From assembly GCA_963778115.1 (NCBI GenBank), contig CAVZSV010000004.1:2688001-2752000 (forward strand): a DNA stretch of 64,000 bases. The letters run 5' to 3'. A program made the translations under genes and the position numbers. The notes below the pieces were generated by a model. It saw only the letters and a list, made by a program, of their open reading frames with translations. It had not been told where the DNA came from and ran no database searches. Positions 47,746 through 57,137 of this stretch are shown piece by piece (positions within the stretch are counted from its first letter, which is position 1; each line of letters starts with the position of its first letter). Source of the stretch: an uncultured delta proteobacterium. GTDB lineage: Bacteria; Bdellovibrionota; FAC87; UBA2466.

Positions 47746-48465
47746 ATGAGTGAACGTGCGGTCTTAAAAATCCATTCGACACACAAAAATCATCTTCGAA
47801 TCAATTGGGGTTCGGCCGTGATGGGGGCTCTTTTATGTTTGGGACTGGAAATCGGGTTCGCGCTATTTGGATCTGGACTAATGCTACTGGTCGTTCCTTT
47901 GGAACAGGGAGTAATACCCGGAAATGGAGAAATGATTGGATTAGCAATCGTGGCTCTTATTGGAGTCACCGTATCTTTTTTTGTGGGCGGGGCGGTCTCT
48001 GGTTACTGGGCAGAGCAGGCCTCAAAGGTTTCGATGGCGGTACAGGCATGTCTGATGTGGGCTCTAGTAGCCGTGGGTATCGGAGTCTTGGGGATGGCTC
48101 GGATGTTCTTACCTGCTCCCATATTTGCTGCTGCCGGAATTGGAGTCGACGCTGGAGCTGCTAGCTTTTTTTCTGAACTCAAGAATTCGACTCCATCCTT
48201 GGTGAGTGACATGAGCTTAATCAAAGGAAAGATCATCACTCAGCTCATCATTGGACCAGCCTCGGAAACTCAGCGCGCACACCTAAAGGGAATGACCGAC
48301 GATTTAGATCGTGCCGCAAAAAGGAGCGCTCGAACGTTAAGAAAGACGTTAGCGGTGGCCGGTCTAGCGGTAAGCCTGTTTTTGTTTATCGGCTGTTTGT
48401 TCGCCAATCTGGGCAGTTTTCTATCCGCGCGTTATCTGGTAACGCGATCGCACAGTTTAAAGTGA
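47746..48465 (+). CDS. Multi-pass membrane protein (RI[SN]WG-type)
   Basis: RINWGSAV.G; SFFVGG..SG; several TM helices. Confidence 0.75.
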   Translation: MSERAVLKIHSTHKNHLRINWGSAVMGALLCLGLEIGFALFGSGLMLLVVPLEQGVIPGNGEMIGLAIVALIGVTVSFFVGGAVSGYWAEQASKVSMAVQACLMWALVAVGIGVLGMARMFLPAPIFAAAGIGVDAGAASFFSELKNSTPSLVSDMSLIKGKIITQLIIGPASETQRAHLKGMTDDLDRAAKRSARTLRKTLAVAGLAVSLFLFIGCLFANLGSFLSARYLVTRSHSLK

Positions 48466-48530
48466 CCGCTCGATGCTGCAAATCGATACGCCTAGGCGTC
48501 TCCTTGCGTGTGTGGAGGCTCGCTCGAATA

Positions 48531-48546
48531 TGGCCTGGTGATTGCA
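48531..48546 (+). promoter_or_regulatory. sigma54 promoter
   Basis: TGGCCTGGTGATTGCA. Confidence 0.72.
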
Positions 48547-48608
48547 ACTTTACTTAGCGAATCGAATCAGGTCGTCGTGAGTCAGTTAACTAAAGAAGGA
48601 GACTAGTA

Positions 48609-48848
48609 ATGGCAAATAAAGCAACGACTGGGCAGGTTGGAAATATCGGTGGAGTTTCGCCTACAGAGGCGTCTACTCCAGAGACGAATGCAAAGACAGA
48701 GGAATTGAGTCCGAAAGGGGCGTGGGTTAATAAGAACGGTGCCGAAGCCGTTAACCCTGATAAGAGGAGTTGGCGAGAGACGTTTCGGATAGTTCCCGGA
48801 GGCTCTCCGCCGCTATCCGAATCGGAATCTGAAGACACGTCCCCCTAG
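48609..48848 (+). CDS. Small hydrophilic protein
   Basis: RBS AAGGAG; own sigma54 site upstream. Confidence 0.6.
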   Translation: MANKATTGQVGNIGGVSPTEASTPETNAKTEELSPKGAWVNKNGAEAVNPDKRSWRETFRIVPGGSPPLSESESEDTSP

Positions 48849-51800
48849 TGCGATATCTGGAAGCCTTCGATATCGACTGACTCTGAACTTCGCGCGGAAG
48901 CCGTCGCTTCGGTAACAGGCTTTTTAATAAATCCATAAAACGCGCGAAACAGAGACGGAACCAAATAGAAATTTAAGATCGTAGATAGGATCTGTCCCCC
49001 GATCACCGCCCGGCCGAGAGGAATATTCGCCTCGGCTCCTTGCCCCATTCCAAAAGCCATCGGAAGCAGACCCAGAATAGAAGCTAAAGAGGTCATCGTG
49101 ATGGGGCGCAGACGAGCCTTAGCGCCCCTGATAATGGCCTTGTCGACGTCAGGCTCATGACGCGAAACTTCTAGAATGTATTCGATGAGCAAGACACCGT
49201 GGGAAACGGCGACTCCGATGACGAAAATACAACCGATAGCGGCTTGGATACTAAAGTAAGTATGCCAAAGTGCCATGACGACGATGACTCCCACCATGCC
49301 CATCGGAACCGTGGTCATCACGATGGCGGGTAAGAGAAACGATCGGAATTGTACGACAAGGACTAGATATACCAGAAGGGCCGCAAGGAGAAATCCTCCA
49401 CCCAAAGATCCCACCGCCTTATTCATTTCGGCGATCTCACCGCGGATCTCGGCGAAATACCCTGCCGGCAGCGGTTGTTTGTTCAAAATAGTCTGAACGT
49501 CTTTGGCTACTCCCGCGATGTCGCGTCCCTGGGCATCTAGATAAATATCGATCACAGGTTTAAGATCAACGTGATTCAATTCCACCGGACCCTTTGATTC
49601 ATGGGTGGTGGCTAGCCATCGCAACGGAACGCTGCGATTCTGATCAGGATTGGTGACAGGAATATCCATGAGATTGTCGATGCTAGACATCAAGTTTTCG
49701 GAAAACTGAACGCCGAAGAAGTAATCGATCCCGGTCTTAGGATCGATCCAGATCGAGGGTTTATAGGACGCGCTATTAGAAACCCCGCTGACCACGTTTT
49801 TCACGATATCTTCCGGCGTCAGACCCAAATTCATCGCTTTATGGCGATCGATCTCCAGATTTATTTGAGGTGCATCGAACTTTTGTTGAATTCTGACATC
49901 GACAGCCCCTCTGACTTTCTTAATCTCAGGTAGATAATTCTCTGCTACTTTGTAAGTGTCTTCATGGCCCGGACCGGTAAATTGGACATCGATGGGAGAT
50001 ACCAACCCGCCGTTAAGAGCCGAAGTGAGGAGCCCCCCCAGTTCGATTCCAAACTCACCTTCGGGAATCTCTTTGGGAAGTCTTTCACGTATAATCTTGG
50101 CGTAATATTGAGAGGTATGTTTACGGTCTTCAGTCAATTCCACGTTAAAAGTAGCGTCTTGGGTTCCGGAATTAGGGGTGAAAGCAGCCGAGTATCCATA
50201 ATAGACCCCGGCGTTGGTAATGATCATTTTAAGATCGCTTGCGGGAATCCATTCTCGGAGCTTTTTTTCAATTTTCTCTGCAATCTCCGTCGTCTTTTCG
50301 ATTCGATATCCGGTGGGGCCTCTAAAATCTATCCTTAGACTCCCGGCATCAGCACGCGGGAAAAGTTCGGCTCCGATATGTCCGATAAACAGCAATCCCA
50401 CTCCGAAGAGAAAGATAATGGATACGGGAAGTACTACCGAGCGTCGGGCTATTACCCAGGAAAGCGAGTTTCCATAAGCTTCCGTTACGATGTCTACTTT
50501 GCGTTGAACCCATCCTAAGAACCCTTTGGTAGCGGTTTGACCGCTTTTAAGAAAGTGCGTCGTATATAGAGGAATTACTGTCATTGCCGCAAAATAGGAT
50601 GCCGCCATCGAAGAGATCACCGCAATCGACAAAGAAGCGAATAGGATTTTGGTGACCCCATCCAAGAATACTACCGGAAAGAAAACAATGAGGGTCGAAA
50701 TGGTGGAGGCCAAGACAGGCATCGCGACTTCGCGGGCCCCGTCAAGAGAGGCCTGTCGCGGGGACATGCCCTGCACGCTCTTTTGCATGATGACTTCGAT
50801 CACCACGATGGCGTTATCCACCAGAACGCCGACGGACAATGCCAAACCTCCTAACGTCATCACGTTTAACGATTGGCCAAGCATTTTCAAGCAGGCAAAG
50901 GCTCCTACCAATGACAAAGGGAGCGAGAGCATAACGGCAATAGTGGCTCGAAAGCTTCCTAAGAAGAGAAATACCATGATGGCGGCAAAACCACCTCCGA
51001 TTAAGGCTTCGTGAGTAATCGACTCGATCGCTTTGCGAATGAAGATGGATTGGTCCCCCACGATATCTAATTTAAATCCTGGCTTTGTCGCTTCGAGCTG
51101 CTTCACCGATTTTTTTACTTCGTCCACCACTTTAAGCGAGTTCGCGCCAAGTTCCCGATAGATGGGAACGTAGACTTCGGGTTTTCCGTCAATACGGACC
51201 ACGTTGGTTTGGATGGCGCTGGAGTCTTCGGCATGGCCCACGTCTTTTAAATAGATAGGCACTCCGTTGCGGGCGCGCAGCAGAAAATTATCCATGTCAG
51301 GTACTTTATCGACCAATCCGTTGCTTGTGATCTGGTAATCAAAGTTGCCTACTTTGATATCTCCTGTCGGGATAAAGGTATTCATCATGTCGAGCTTGTT
51401 CATGACCTGAACGGGAGAAAAGTTAAACTGTTGCAGCTTCTTTTCATTGAGATAGACGATGATCTCTCGAGTTTTTCCTCCCATGACTGCCGGAGCCATG
51501 GCTCCGGGCACACTCTGAATGGCATTGATGACGGAGAAGCGGGCTAGATCGGCAAGCTCCTTCTCTGACTTCGTGTCGCTTCCTACAGCACACATCGCGA
51601 GCGGGACTGCCGCCATGGGATCGAAGGGAAGGATAAGGGGGGGCTGCGTTCCCGGAGGTAATTTTCGAAGCACTGAACTCACTAAAGACCCTGTTTGTGC
51701 TATGGCATTACTTAAATCAACGCTGGAGTTGAAAAAGTTTTTTACGACACTGACACCCATTAGCGATCGCGACTGCTGCCCTTCGATGCCCACCGCTTGC

Positions 51801-52060
51801 CCGGTATAGCGTTCATAAAGATAGGTCAGATCCTGCTCGACGTGTTCTACAGGCATTCCCGGGTAAAACGAGAGAATCTGAACGGCCGGAAGATTGGCGG
51901 GGGGAAGTAAATCTTTGGGCAGCAATAGTAAGCTTAGCGTTCCCATCAGGACCGCGATCAAGCAAGCCACTATCGTGAAATGGGGGTTATTTATCGCGAA
52001 AGCCGCGATTCCCTTTTCTTCCTTTGGTGACTCGTGTGTTTCGTGCTGCTCGTTTTCCAT
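48845..52060 (-). CDS. RND efflux permease (AcrB/CusA superfamily)
   Basis: About 1070 aa; LVDNAIVVIE; RLRPITMTS; PLGRAVIGG. Confidence 0.95.
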   Translation of the reverse strand: MENEQHETHESPKEEKGIAAFAINNPHFTIVACLIAVLMGTLSLLLLPKDLLPPANLPAVQILSFYPGMPVEHVEQDLTYLYERYTGQAVGIEGQQSRSLMGVSVVKNFFNSSVDLSNAIAQTGSLVSSVLRKLPPGTQPPLILPFDPMAAVPLAMCAVGSDTKSEKELADLARFSVINAIQSVPGAMAPAVMGGKTREIIVYLNEKKLQQFNFSPVQVMNKLDMMNTFIPTGDIKVGNFDYQITSNGLVDKVPDMDNFLLRARNGVPIYLKDVGHAEDSSAIQTNVVRIDGKPEVYVPIYRELGANSLKVVDEVKKSVKQLEATKPGFKLDIVGDQSIFIRKAIESITHEALIGGGFAAIMVFLFLGSFRATIAVMLSLPLSLVGAFACLKMLGQSLNVMTLGGLALSVGVLVDNAIVVIEVIMQKSVQGMSPRQASLDGAREVAMPVLASTISTLIVFFPVVFLDGVTKILFASLSIAVISSMAASYFAAMTVIPLYTTHFLKSGQTATKGFLGWVQRKVDIVTEAYGNSLSWVIARRSVVLPVSIIFLFGVGLLFIGHIGAELFPRADAGSLRIDFRGPTGYRIEKTTEIAEKIEKKLREWIPASDLKMIITNAGVYYGYSAAFTPNSGTQDATFNVELTEDRKHTSQYYAKIIRERLPKEIPEGEFGIELGGLLTSALNGGLVSPIDVQFTGPGHEDTYKVAENYLPEIKKVRGAVDVRIQQKFDAPQINLEIDRHKAMNLGLTPEDIVKNVVSGVSNSASYKPSIWIDPKTGIDYFFGVQFSENLMSSIDNLMDIPVTNPDQNRSVPLRWLATTHESKGPVELNHVDLKPVIDIYLDAQGRDIAGVAKDVQTILNKQPLPAGYFAEIRGEIAEMNKAVGSLGGGFLLAALLVYLVLVVQFRSFLLPAIVMTTVPMGMVGVIVVMALWHTYFSIQAAIGCIFVIGVAVSHGVLLIEYILEVSRHEPDVDKAIIRGAKARLRPITMTSLASILGLLPMAFGMGQGAEANIPLGRAVIGGQILSTILNFYLVPSLFRAFYGFIKKPVTEATASARSSESVDIEGFQISH

Positions 52061-52084
52061 CGAAAGTTCTCCCAAAAATCGTAC

Positions 52085-53365
52085 TTAGAATGGCGTTCCA
52101 TTCAAGATGGCTTTGCCACCCATCGCTTCGAGATAGGTAGCTTGAGTGGTCAAAAGTTCGGTCTGAGTTCGGGTCAGATTATCGAAAGCATCGCGAACGT
52201 CGACGACTGTCCCTTCCAATGAAAAATATCTGGACTTGGCGAGCTTAAATCCTTGAAGGGCAAGATTGTACTCGTCTCTTAATAGTTTTAGCCCCGTTCT
52301 TGAAGATTCGATGGCCTTGTCGTATTTGGCATTGAGACTTGCTATTTGAAGCTTACTGGCCTCGAGATCCTTTTCCGCACTTGCCGCAAGGGCACTGGCT
52401 TCGTTAACTTTATTCACCGTGAGAAATCCCTCGAACACTGGAAATATGACGGCGACACCGACGGCATAATAATTGGGATTCACAAACCTCTGGTCCTGCA
52501 TTACGGCGGCGTCGGCGACTCCGACAAGTTTAGGCATGAAATCCGCTTTCGCCTGGTCCACGCGAGCATGTGCGGCAAGCAGGGCTTCATTGGCTTGGGA
52601 GATGATAGGATTCCCCTGAGGCGTTCCCTTAAAGATGGCCACTGCCTCTTCCTCACGAGGAAGTAGGGGACAGGAGAAAGAGTCGGCGGAAATTCCCGCT
52701 AACAGCGCAATTTCTTTGATCTGGTTTCGGTACTTATCGGCGAATACCGATACTTGGGTATTCGCGTGCTCCAATTGGGATTCCACCAGATAGCGTTCCA
52801 CCACCGATCTCTGGCCGGTTCTTACAAATCCATTGATGACGTTGCGAACCAGCTGAGCCCCCTGGGCTAGCTGCGTCCATGACTCTTGTAAATTTCGATA
52901 CAGCGCGCACTCGTAAAAGAGTTGGTTGGCCGTTTGGTAGATCCTGTAGCGAGTGTATTTGGTCTCTTCTTTTTGGCTGCGAGACTCGTACTCGGCTGCT
53001 GAAACAGAATTAGAAGTTCTGCCAAAATCCCATATCGGGACGTTGGCCACGACTCCGGCTGCCGCTCCCGACCGATAGGGAGAGGCTATCATTCCGCCAA
53101 TACCTAATGTCCCCACCGAACCAGGAAAGCCCGTACTGTCCACCGCTTCAAGAGTGACGTTGGGGTAGTAATTGGATCTCGCCATTTCAATCCGGTGCTC
53201 AGAGGCGACCCCTTTCATTCGAGAGGAAGCCACTTCTGGATTTACCTCGGCGGCACGCCGAAGCAGGTCTTGAAGTTTCATTTCAGGAGCGGCATCCGCC
53301 GCCATCGAGGTGTAATTTTTGATAAGCAGACAAAGACTTAAGATGAGAACTCTTGTGTGTTTCAT
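52085..53365 (-). CDS. TolC family outer membrane efflux protein
   Basis: Signal peptide; VPIWDFG and FPVFEG repeats; ends in F. Confidence 0.88.
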   Translation of the reverse strand: MKHTRVLILSLCLLIKNYTSMAADAAPEMKLQDLLRRAAEVNPEVASSRMKGVASEHRIEMARSNYYPNVTLEAVDSTGFPGSVGTLGIGGMIASPYRSGAAAGVVANVPIWDFGRTSNSVSAAEYESRSQKEETKYTRYRIYQTANQLFYECALYRNLQESWTQLAQGAQLVRNVINGFVRTGQRSVVERYLVESQLEHANTQVSVFADKYRNQIKEIALLAGISADSFSCPLLPREEEAVAIFKGTPQGNPIISQANEALLAAHARVDQAKADFMPKLVGVADAAVMQDQRFVNPNYYAVGVAVIFPVFEGFLTVNKVNEASALAASAEKDLEASKLQIASLNAKYDKAIESSRTGLKLLRDEYNLALQGFKLAKSRYFSLEGTVVDVRDAFDNLTRTQTELLTTQATYLEAMGGKAILNGTPF

Positions 53366-53410
53366 TTTCTTACCCAAAACCAACTCTCAATGGCAGGTTA
53401 TCCTGCTTTC

Positions 53411-53454
53411 CTTACCGGACGATGACATTAGGGTTACAAGTTCATGAACTTCTC
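53411..53454 (-). promoter_or_regulatory. OmpR/CusR-type direct-repeat boxes (11-bp period) upstream of tolC
   Basis: CTTACC/ATGACA/GTTACA/ATGAAC at 53411, 53422, 53433, 53444. Confidence 0.6.
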
Positions 53455-54894
53455 GGGCAGAGGTGAGGGGGTCCCTCTCGTAAGTCTGGGAAAATTGATC
53501 CAAACTTGAGTCCCCTTTCCCAATTCGCTTTCCATCTTTACATTTCCGCCATGAAGCATCGCAATACTCTTTACAATGGCGAGTCCAAGACCGGTGCCTC
53601 CGGACCCTTTTGATCGGGAAGCATCGACGCGATAAAATCTTTCGAATACATGGGGAAGATGGTCCGCTGAGATTCCACAGCCGGTATCTTCAACTTTAAC
53701 GGCTATCTGATCTTCCGATGCTCTGACTACCACGCCGACTTTTCCTCGGGAAGGGGTCTGTTTGATCGCATTGGAGAGCAGGTTTCCAACGGCCCTTTGA
53801 AAAAGTGTTCTTTCCACATTAATCTCGAGTTCCTCAGAAACCTCGAGGCTGGTTTCAATACCTGCTTCGACCGCAGAAACTTCATAAAATTCGAGGACCG
53901 CTTGGAGTTCATTTTTTAGATTTATTTTTTCCGTCTTCAAGCTCGTCTTGGGATTTTCGCAACGGGCAAGAAAGAGAAGCGAGTCGATAATCTTTGAAAT
54001 CCGGCCGCACTCCTCCAAACAGGAGCCCATGAGGTCTTGGTAATATTCCGGAGTCCGGCTTCTACCCAAAGAGACTTCAATTTCCCCGGACATATTATTT
54101 ACCGGCGTTCTTAGCTCGTGGGCTAGATCGGCGGAGAAGCGGGATAAGCGTCCAAAGGACTCTTCTAGCCGATTGAGCATTTCGTTAAAAGTAGCTGCCA
54201 ATTCCGCGAGTTCGACGGGCAGCGAGGTGGTGTCGATTCGTTCGTAAAGATTTGATGATCTGATGTGTCCCGCTTGCGCTGCGATCCGGCGAAGCGGACG
54301 CATTCCTCGAACGGCGATTCGTCTTCCCACGAGTAAGCTCAAGAAGAGGGCAACAAAGAGGGCCACATAGAGACGCTCTCGATAACCCTTTAGTAAAAGG
54401 TACTGATCCGTGCAATCCAAGACCAAACTCACTCTGACCAATTTTCCGTGAACGGGGATGTTAGATTGAAGGGTTCGGTAAATCCGGCCGTTACCGTCAT
54501 CGGTACTTTCAAGCACTTCAGGGGCACTGAGAGGTTTATTTTGGTACCGATCGAGCAGGTCGGATACTTTCTTTTCGGTGTTTGGGGTGGAAGCGATGAT
54601 GTTTCCATTTTCGTCGGCTGCACGGACATAGACCTTTTCGATTTTCTTGGCCGCCCACTCCCTTTCTACTCGATCGCGGAAACGAGAGTGAGTGGCATCG
54701 TCACTGGTAAGAATAAGGCGAATCGTCTGCATCTTATCTAAGAGCAGCTTCGAAGACTCGGTGTGAAGAGTTCGCGCGGTTGACCAATAGAGGAAATAAG
54801 TGGTGCCTAGCACCAGCACGAATGCCGAAATTCCGTACCATGCCGTAAGCTGAGTGGCTAAGGAGGACCTATAAGAACGAAAAAGAATTCCCAC
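53434..54894 (-). CDS. Heavy-metal sensor histidine kinase (CusS/CzcS-like)
   Basis: Two TM helices, HAMP, FSADLAHELRTP, FYRVDASRS. Confidence 0.92.
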   Translation of the reverse strand: MGILFRSYRSSLATQLTAWYGISAFVLVLGTTYFLYWSTARTLHTESSKLLLDKMQTIRLILTSDDATHSRFRDRVEREWAAKKIEKVYVRAADENGNIIASTPNTEKKVSDLLDRYQNKPLSAPEVLESTDDGNGRIYRTLQSNIPVHGKLVRVSLVLDCTDQYLLLKGYRERLYVALFVALFLSLLVGRRIAVRGMRPLRRIAAQAGHIRSSNLYERIDTTSLPVELAELAATFNEMLNRLEESFGRLSRFSADLAHELRTPVNNMSGEIEVSLGRSRTPEYYQDLMGSCLEECGRISKIIDSLLFLARCENPKTSLKTEKINLKNELQAVLEFYEVSAVEAGIETSLEVSEELEINVERTLFQRAVGNLLSNAIKQTPSRGKVGVVVRASEDQIAVKVEDTGCGISADHLPHVFERFYRVDASRSKGSGGTGLGLAIVKSIAMLHGGNVKMESELGKGTQVWINFPRLTRGTPSPLPEKFMNL

Positions 54895-54897
54895 TGA

Positions 54898-55578
54898 CTA
54901 CCCTTCATCTTCTTCGCGAAGAACGTATCCGATGCCTCTTACGGTATGAATAAGTTTTCGCTCGAAAGGGATATCGACTTTGGCTCGCAATCGTCTGATT
55001 TGAACGTCGACGATATTGGTATCGCTATCGAAACTCATGTCCCATACCTGTTCGGCGATAACGGCTCTAGACAGTACGTCTCCCGATCTTCGGGCCAGTA
55101 GTCCCAAGAGTTGAAATTCTTTAGGCCGAAGGTCCAGCCTTTTTCCCGCTCTTACGGCGCGATGCTGGGTGAAATCGATTTCAAGATCGCACACTCGAAT
55201 GACTTCCGGCTGACGATTTCCCCCTCGACGAAGGAGCGAACGAATTTGGGCTAGGAGCTCAGAAAAAGCGAACGGTTTTACCAAGTACGCGTCCGCTCCC
55301 AGATCCAACCCTCTGACCCGATCGGGCAGTTCATCCCGAGCGGTTAGAAATAACGCTAAGGTCGATTTTCCCGATCTTCTCAACTCAGACATGATCGAAA
55401 AGCCGTCTCTTCTAGGGAGCATGGCATCTAAGATGATGAGGTCATATTCATTGTTCAGAGCGTAATGAAGCCCGTCTTCGCCATCTTCCGCCACATCCAC
55501 CACGAAACCATTTTCCTGAAGCCCCCTTTGAAGGAAGGAGGCCGTCTTTCGCTCATCTTCAACGACCAATAATTTCAT
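54898..55578 (-). CDS. Heavy-metal response regulator (CusR/CzcR-like)
   Basis: KPFAFSELLA; VWDMSFDSDTNIVDVQIRRLRAKVD. Confidence 0.93.
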   Translation of the reverse strand: MKLLVVEDERKTASFLQRGLQENGFVVDVAEDGEDGLHYALNNEYDLIILDAMLPRRDGFSIMSELRRSGKSTLALFLTARDELPDRVRGLDLGADAYLVKPFAFSELLAQIRSLLRRGGNRQPEVIRVCDLEIDFTQHRAVRAGKRLDLRPKEFQLLGLLARRSGDVLSRAVIAEQVWDMSFDSDTNIVDVQIRRLRAKVDIPFERKLIHTVRGIGYVLREEDEG

Positions 55579-55705
55579 ATAGATTGCCCCATCAGGCCTT
55601 CGCTAACGCTGCGTTGAGTTAACGCAGGGCCGCACCACATAACTCCTACTTACCAGACATCCTCAAACCTGGCTATTAAGCCTACCCCTACCGTACTCCG
55701 GCCAC

Positions 55706-55749
55706 ATGACAGGAGCATGACAGTCTTGTTACATCTTGATGACCTGGCC
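55706..55749 (-). promoter_or_regulatory. Four 11-bp-period boxes upstream of the regulator
   Basis: ATGACA/ATGACA/GTTACA/ATGACC at 55706, 55717, 55728, 55739. Confidence 0.7.
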
Positions 55750-56033
55750 GTTTCCCAAAGCCCTATTAGATGTAATCTGCAGTTCATCTTCCTGTAATCC
55801 CAAAGAAGCTAAACTAAAGAAAAGTACCATTAAAATTTGGGGGTCCCATGTGCCAGCGTCTACGGATTTACCGATGGATAGCTTCAGGTTTTGTCGTTTT
55901 GCTTCTCGCCTCGGCCTGCTCCACTGCGCCAAGAACCAAGGTTGCACAGGCTGACTCGAACAGGCACGAACGCCTCCTCCCTTAACTTTTATCTAGATAA
56001 TTAGATTTCTCTTTTTAGAGAAAGCTTGCGAAA

Positions 56034-56061
56034 TGTAATCTTCATGTCATCTTCAGGTCAG
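56034..56061 (+). promoter_or_regulatory. Three 11-bp-period boxes upstream of the beta-barrel gene
   Basis: TGTAAT/TGTCAT/GGTCAG at 56034, 56045, 56056. Confidence 0.7.
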
Positions 56062-56103
56062 GTTCGCCGTAGTATCGGCTACGAACCGAGGACAGGGGGG
56101 GCC

Positions 56104-57090
56104 ATGGGGAAGCTTAAGACTGATATCAAGACTAAGACTAAGATTAAAAGTGGATCTATATTTTCTAGGGTATTAATGGCATCGGCCATTGTTGTAGCGG
56201 CATCGCTATCGGTGCCCGGGACTGCTTTAGCGGAAGACAGCACGACCACTAGCGAAACGCCAACACTTAGTGGTCCCCCCGCCCAAACGGTGACGCAAGC
56301 TCCCACGAATCCCGCAGCTCCCACCAGTAAAGTTTTTGGGACATTAGATCTCAGGGCAGAGTATTGGGGCGCTCCCGGAGCCTGGGACACCTCGAACTTT
56401 TTTCAGATAGGCTATCAAGTTAATCCCAATTTCTTGATCAGTTGGTACCAGGGATTTGATTCCAACATCTATAAAGCGACTCTGACACAGATTCCCAACG
56501 CTTCAGGGTGGAACCCGGTATGGGATCAGGGATTTCTTCGCACTCGGGTTAATAACATCTGGAAGAGCGGCAATCTCTCTTTCGCGTATGAGTCGCGCAT
56601 CTATGCTCCCACGTGGGCTTTTGATTCCAACATGGGTAATGTGACGCGCTTTTATAACGCTTTCAAACTGATCGATAAAGTGAGTGACATGGTCACGCTC
56701 ACCGGAGTGTTCGTTTTTAGTCCTCAGGTCTACAATGTCGCGGGTACGTCTTACGGCGGTCCGAACTCCTGGCTTGAAAATCGTTTATACGCGGTTGCCG
56801 ATTTTCAATTTACCCCTAAACTCTCCTTAAGCATCCCTTTGCTGCTTTACCAGGATAAGTATCGCGATTACACGGCAAACCCCGTGAATATTTTGCTCGG
56901 GGGATCGAGCGGAGATTGGGGATATTTTCTCTACATCTGGCCCGAGCTGGATTATGCGGTCAACGACACTATGACCCTTGGGTTGGCCTATATCAGCGGC
57001 AATATGGTGCAACCTAATTTTTCAGGGTTTACGATAGGAAACGCCTTTAAGACCGGAATATTACAATTCGTCGTTACGACGAACCTGTGA
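56104..57090 (+). CDS. Probable outer-membrane beta-barrel protein
   Basis: Signal peptide, Thr/Pro linker, alternating aromatic-rich strands. Confidence 0.75.
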   Translation: MGKLKTDIKTKTKIKSGSIFSRVLMASAIVVAASLSVPGTALAEDSTTTSETPTLSGPPAQTVTQAPTNPAAPTSKVFGTLDLRAEYWGAPGAWDTSNFFQIGYQVNPNFLISWYQGFDSNIYKATLTQIPNASGWNPVWDQGFLRTRVNNIWKSGNLSFAYESRIYAPTWAFDSNMGNVTRFYNAFKLIDKVSDMVTLTGVFVFSPQVYNVAGTSYGGPNSWLENRLYAVADFQFTPKLSLSIPLLLYQDKYRDYTANPVNILLGGSSGDWGYFLYIWPELDYAVNDTMTLGLAYISGNMVQPNFSGFTIGNAFKTGILQFVVTTNL

Positions 57091-57137
57091 TGACCTATGA
57101 TGTGAATAGACAAGAGGAATCTCCCTCTTAAAGATAA

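Noticed and set aside
55729..55954. 72-aa ORFs on both strands between the regulator and barrel genes
   Set aside because: No recognisable motifs or convincing RBS; they overlap regulatory boxes.
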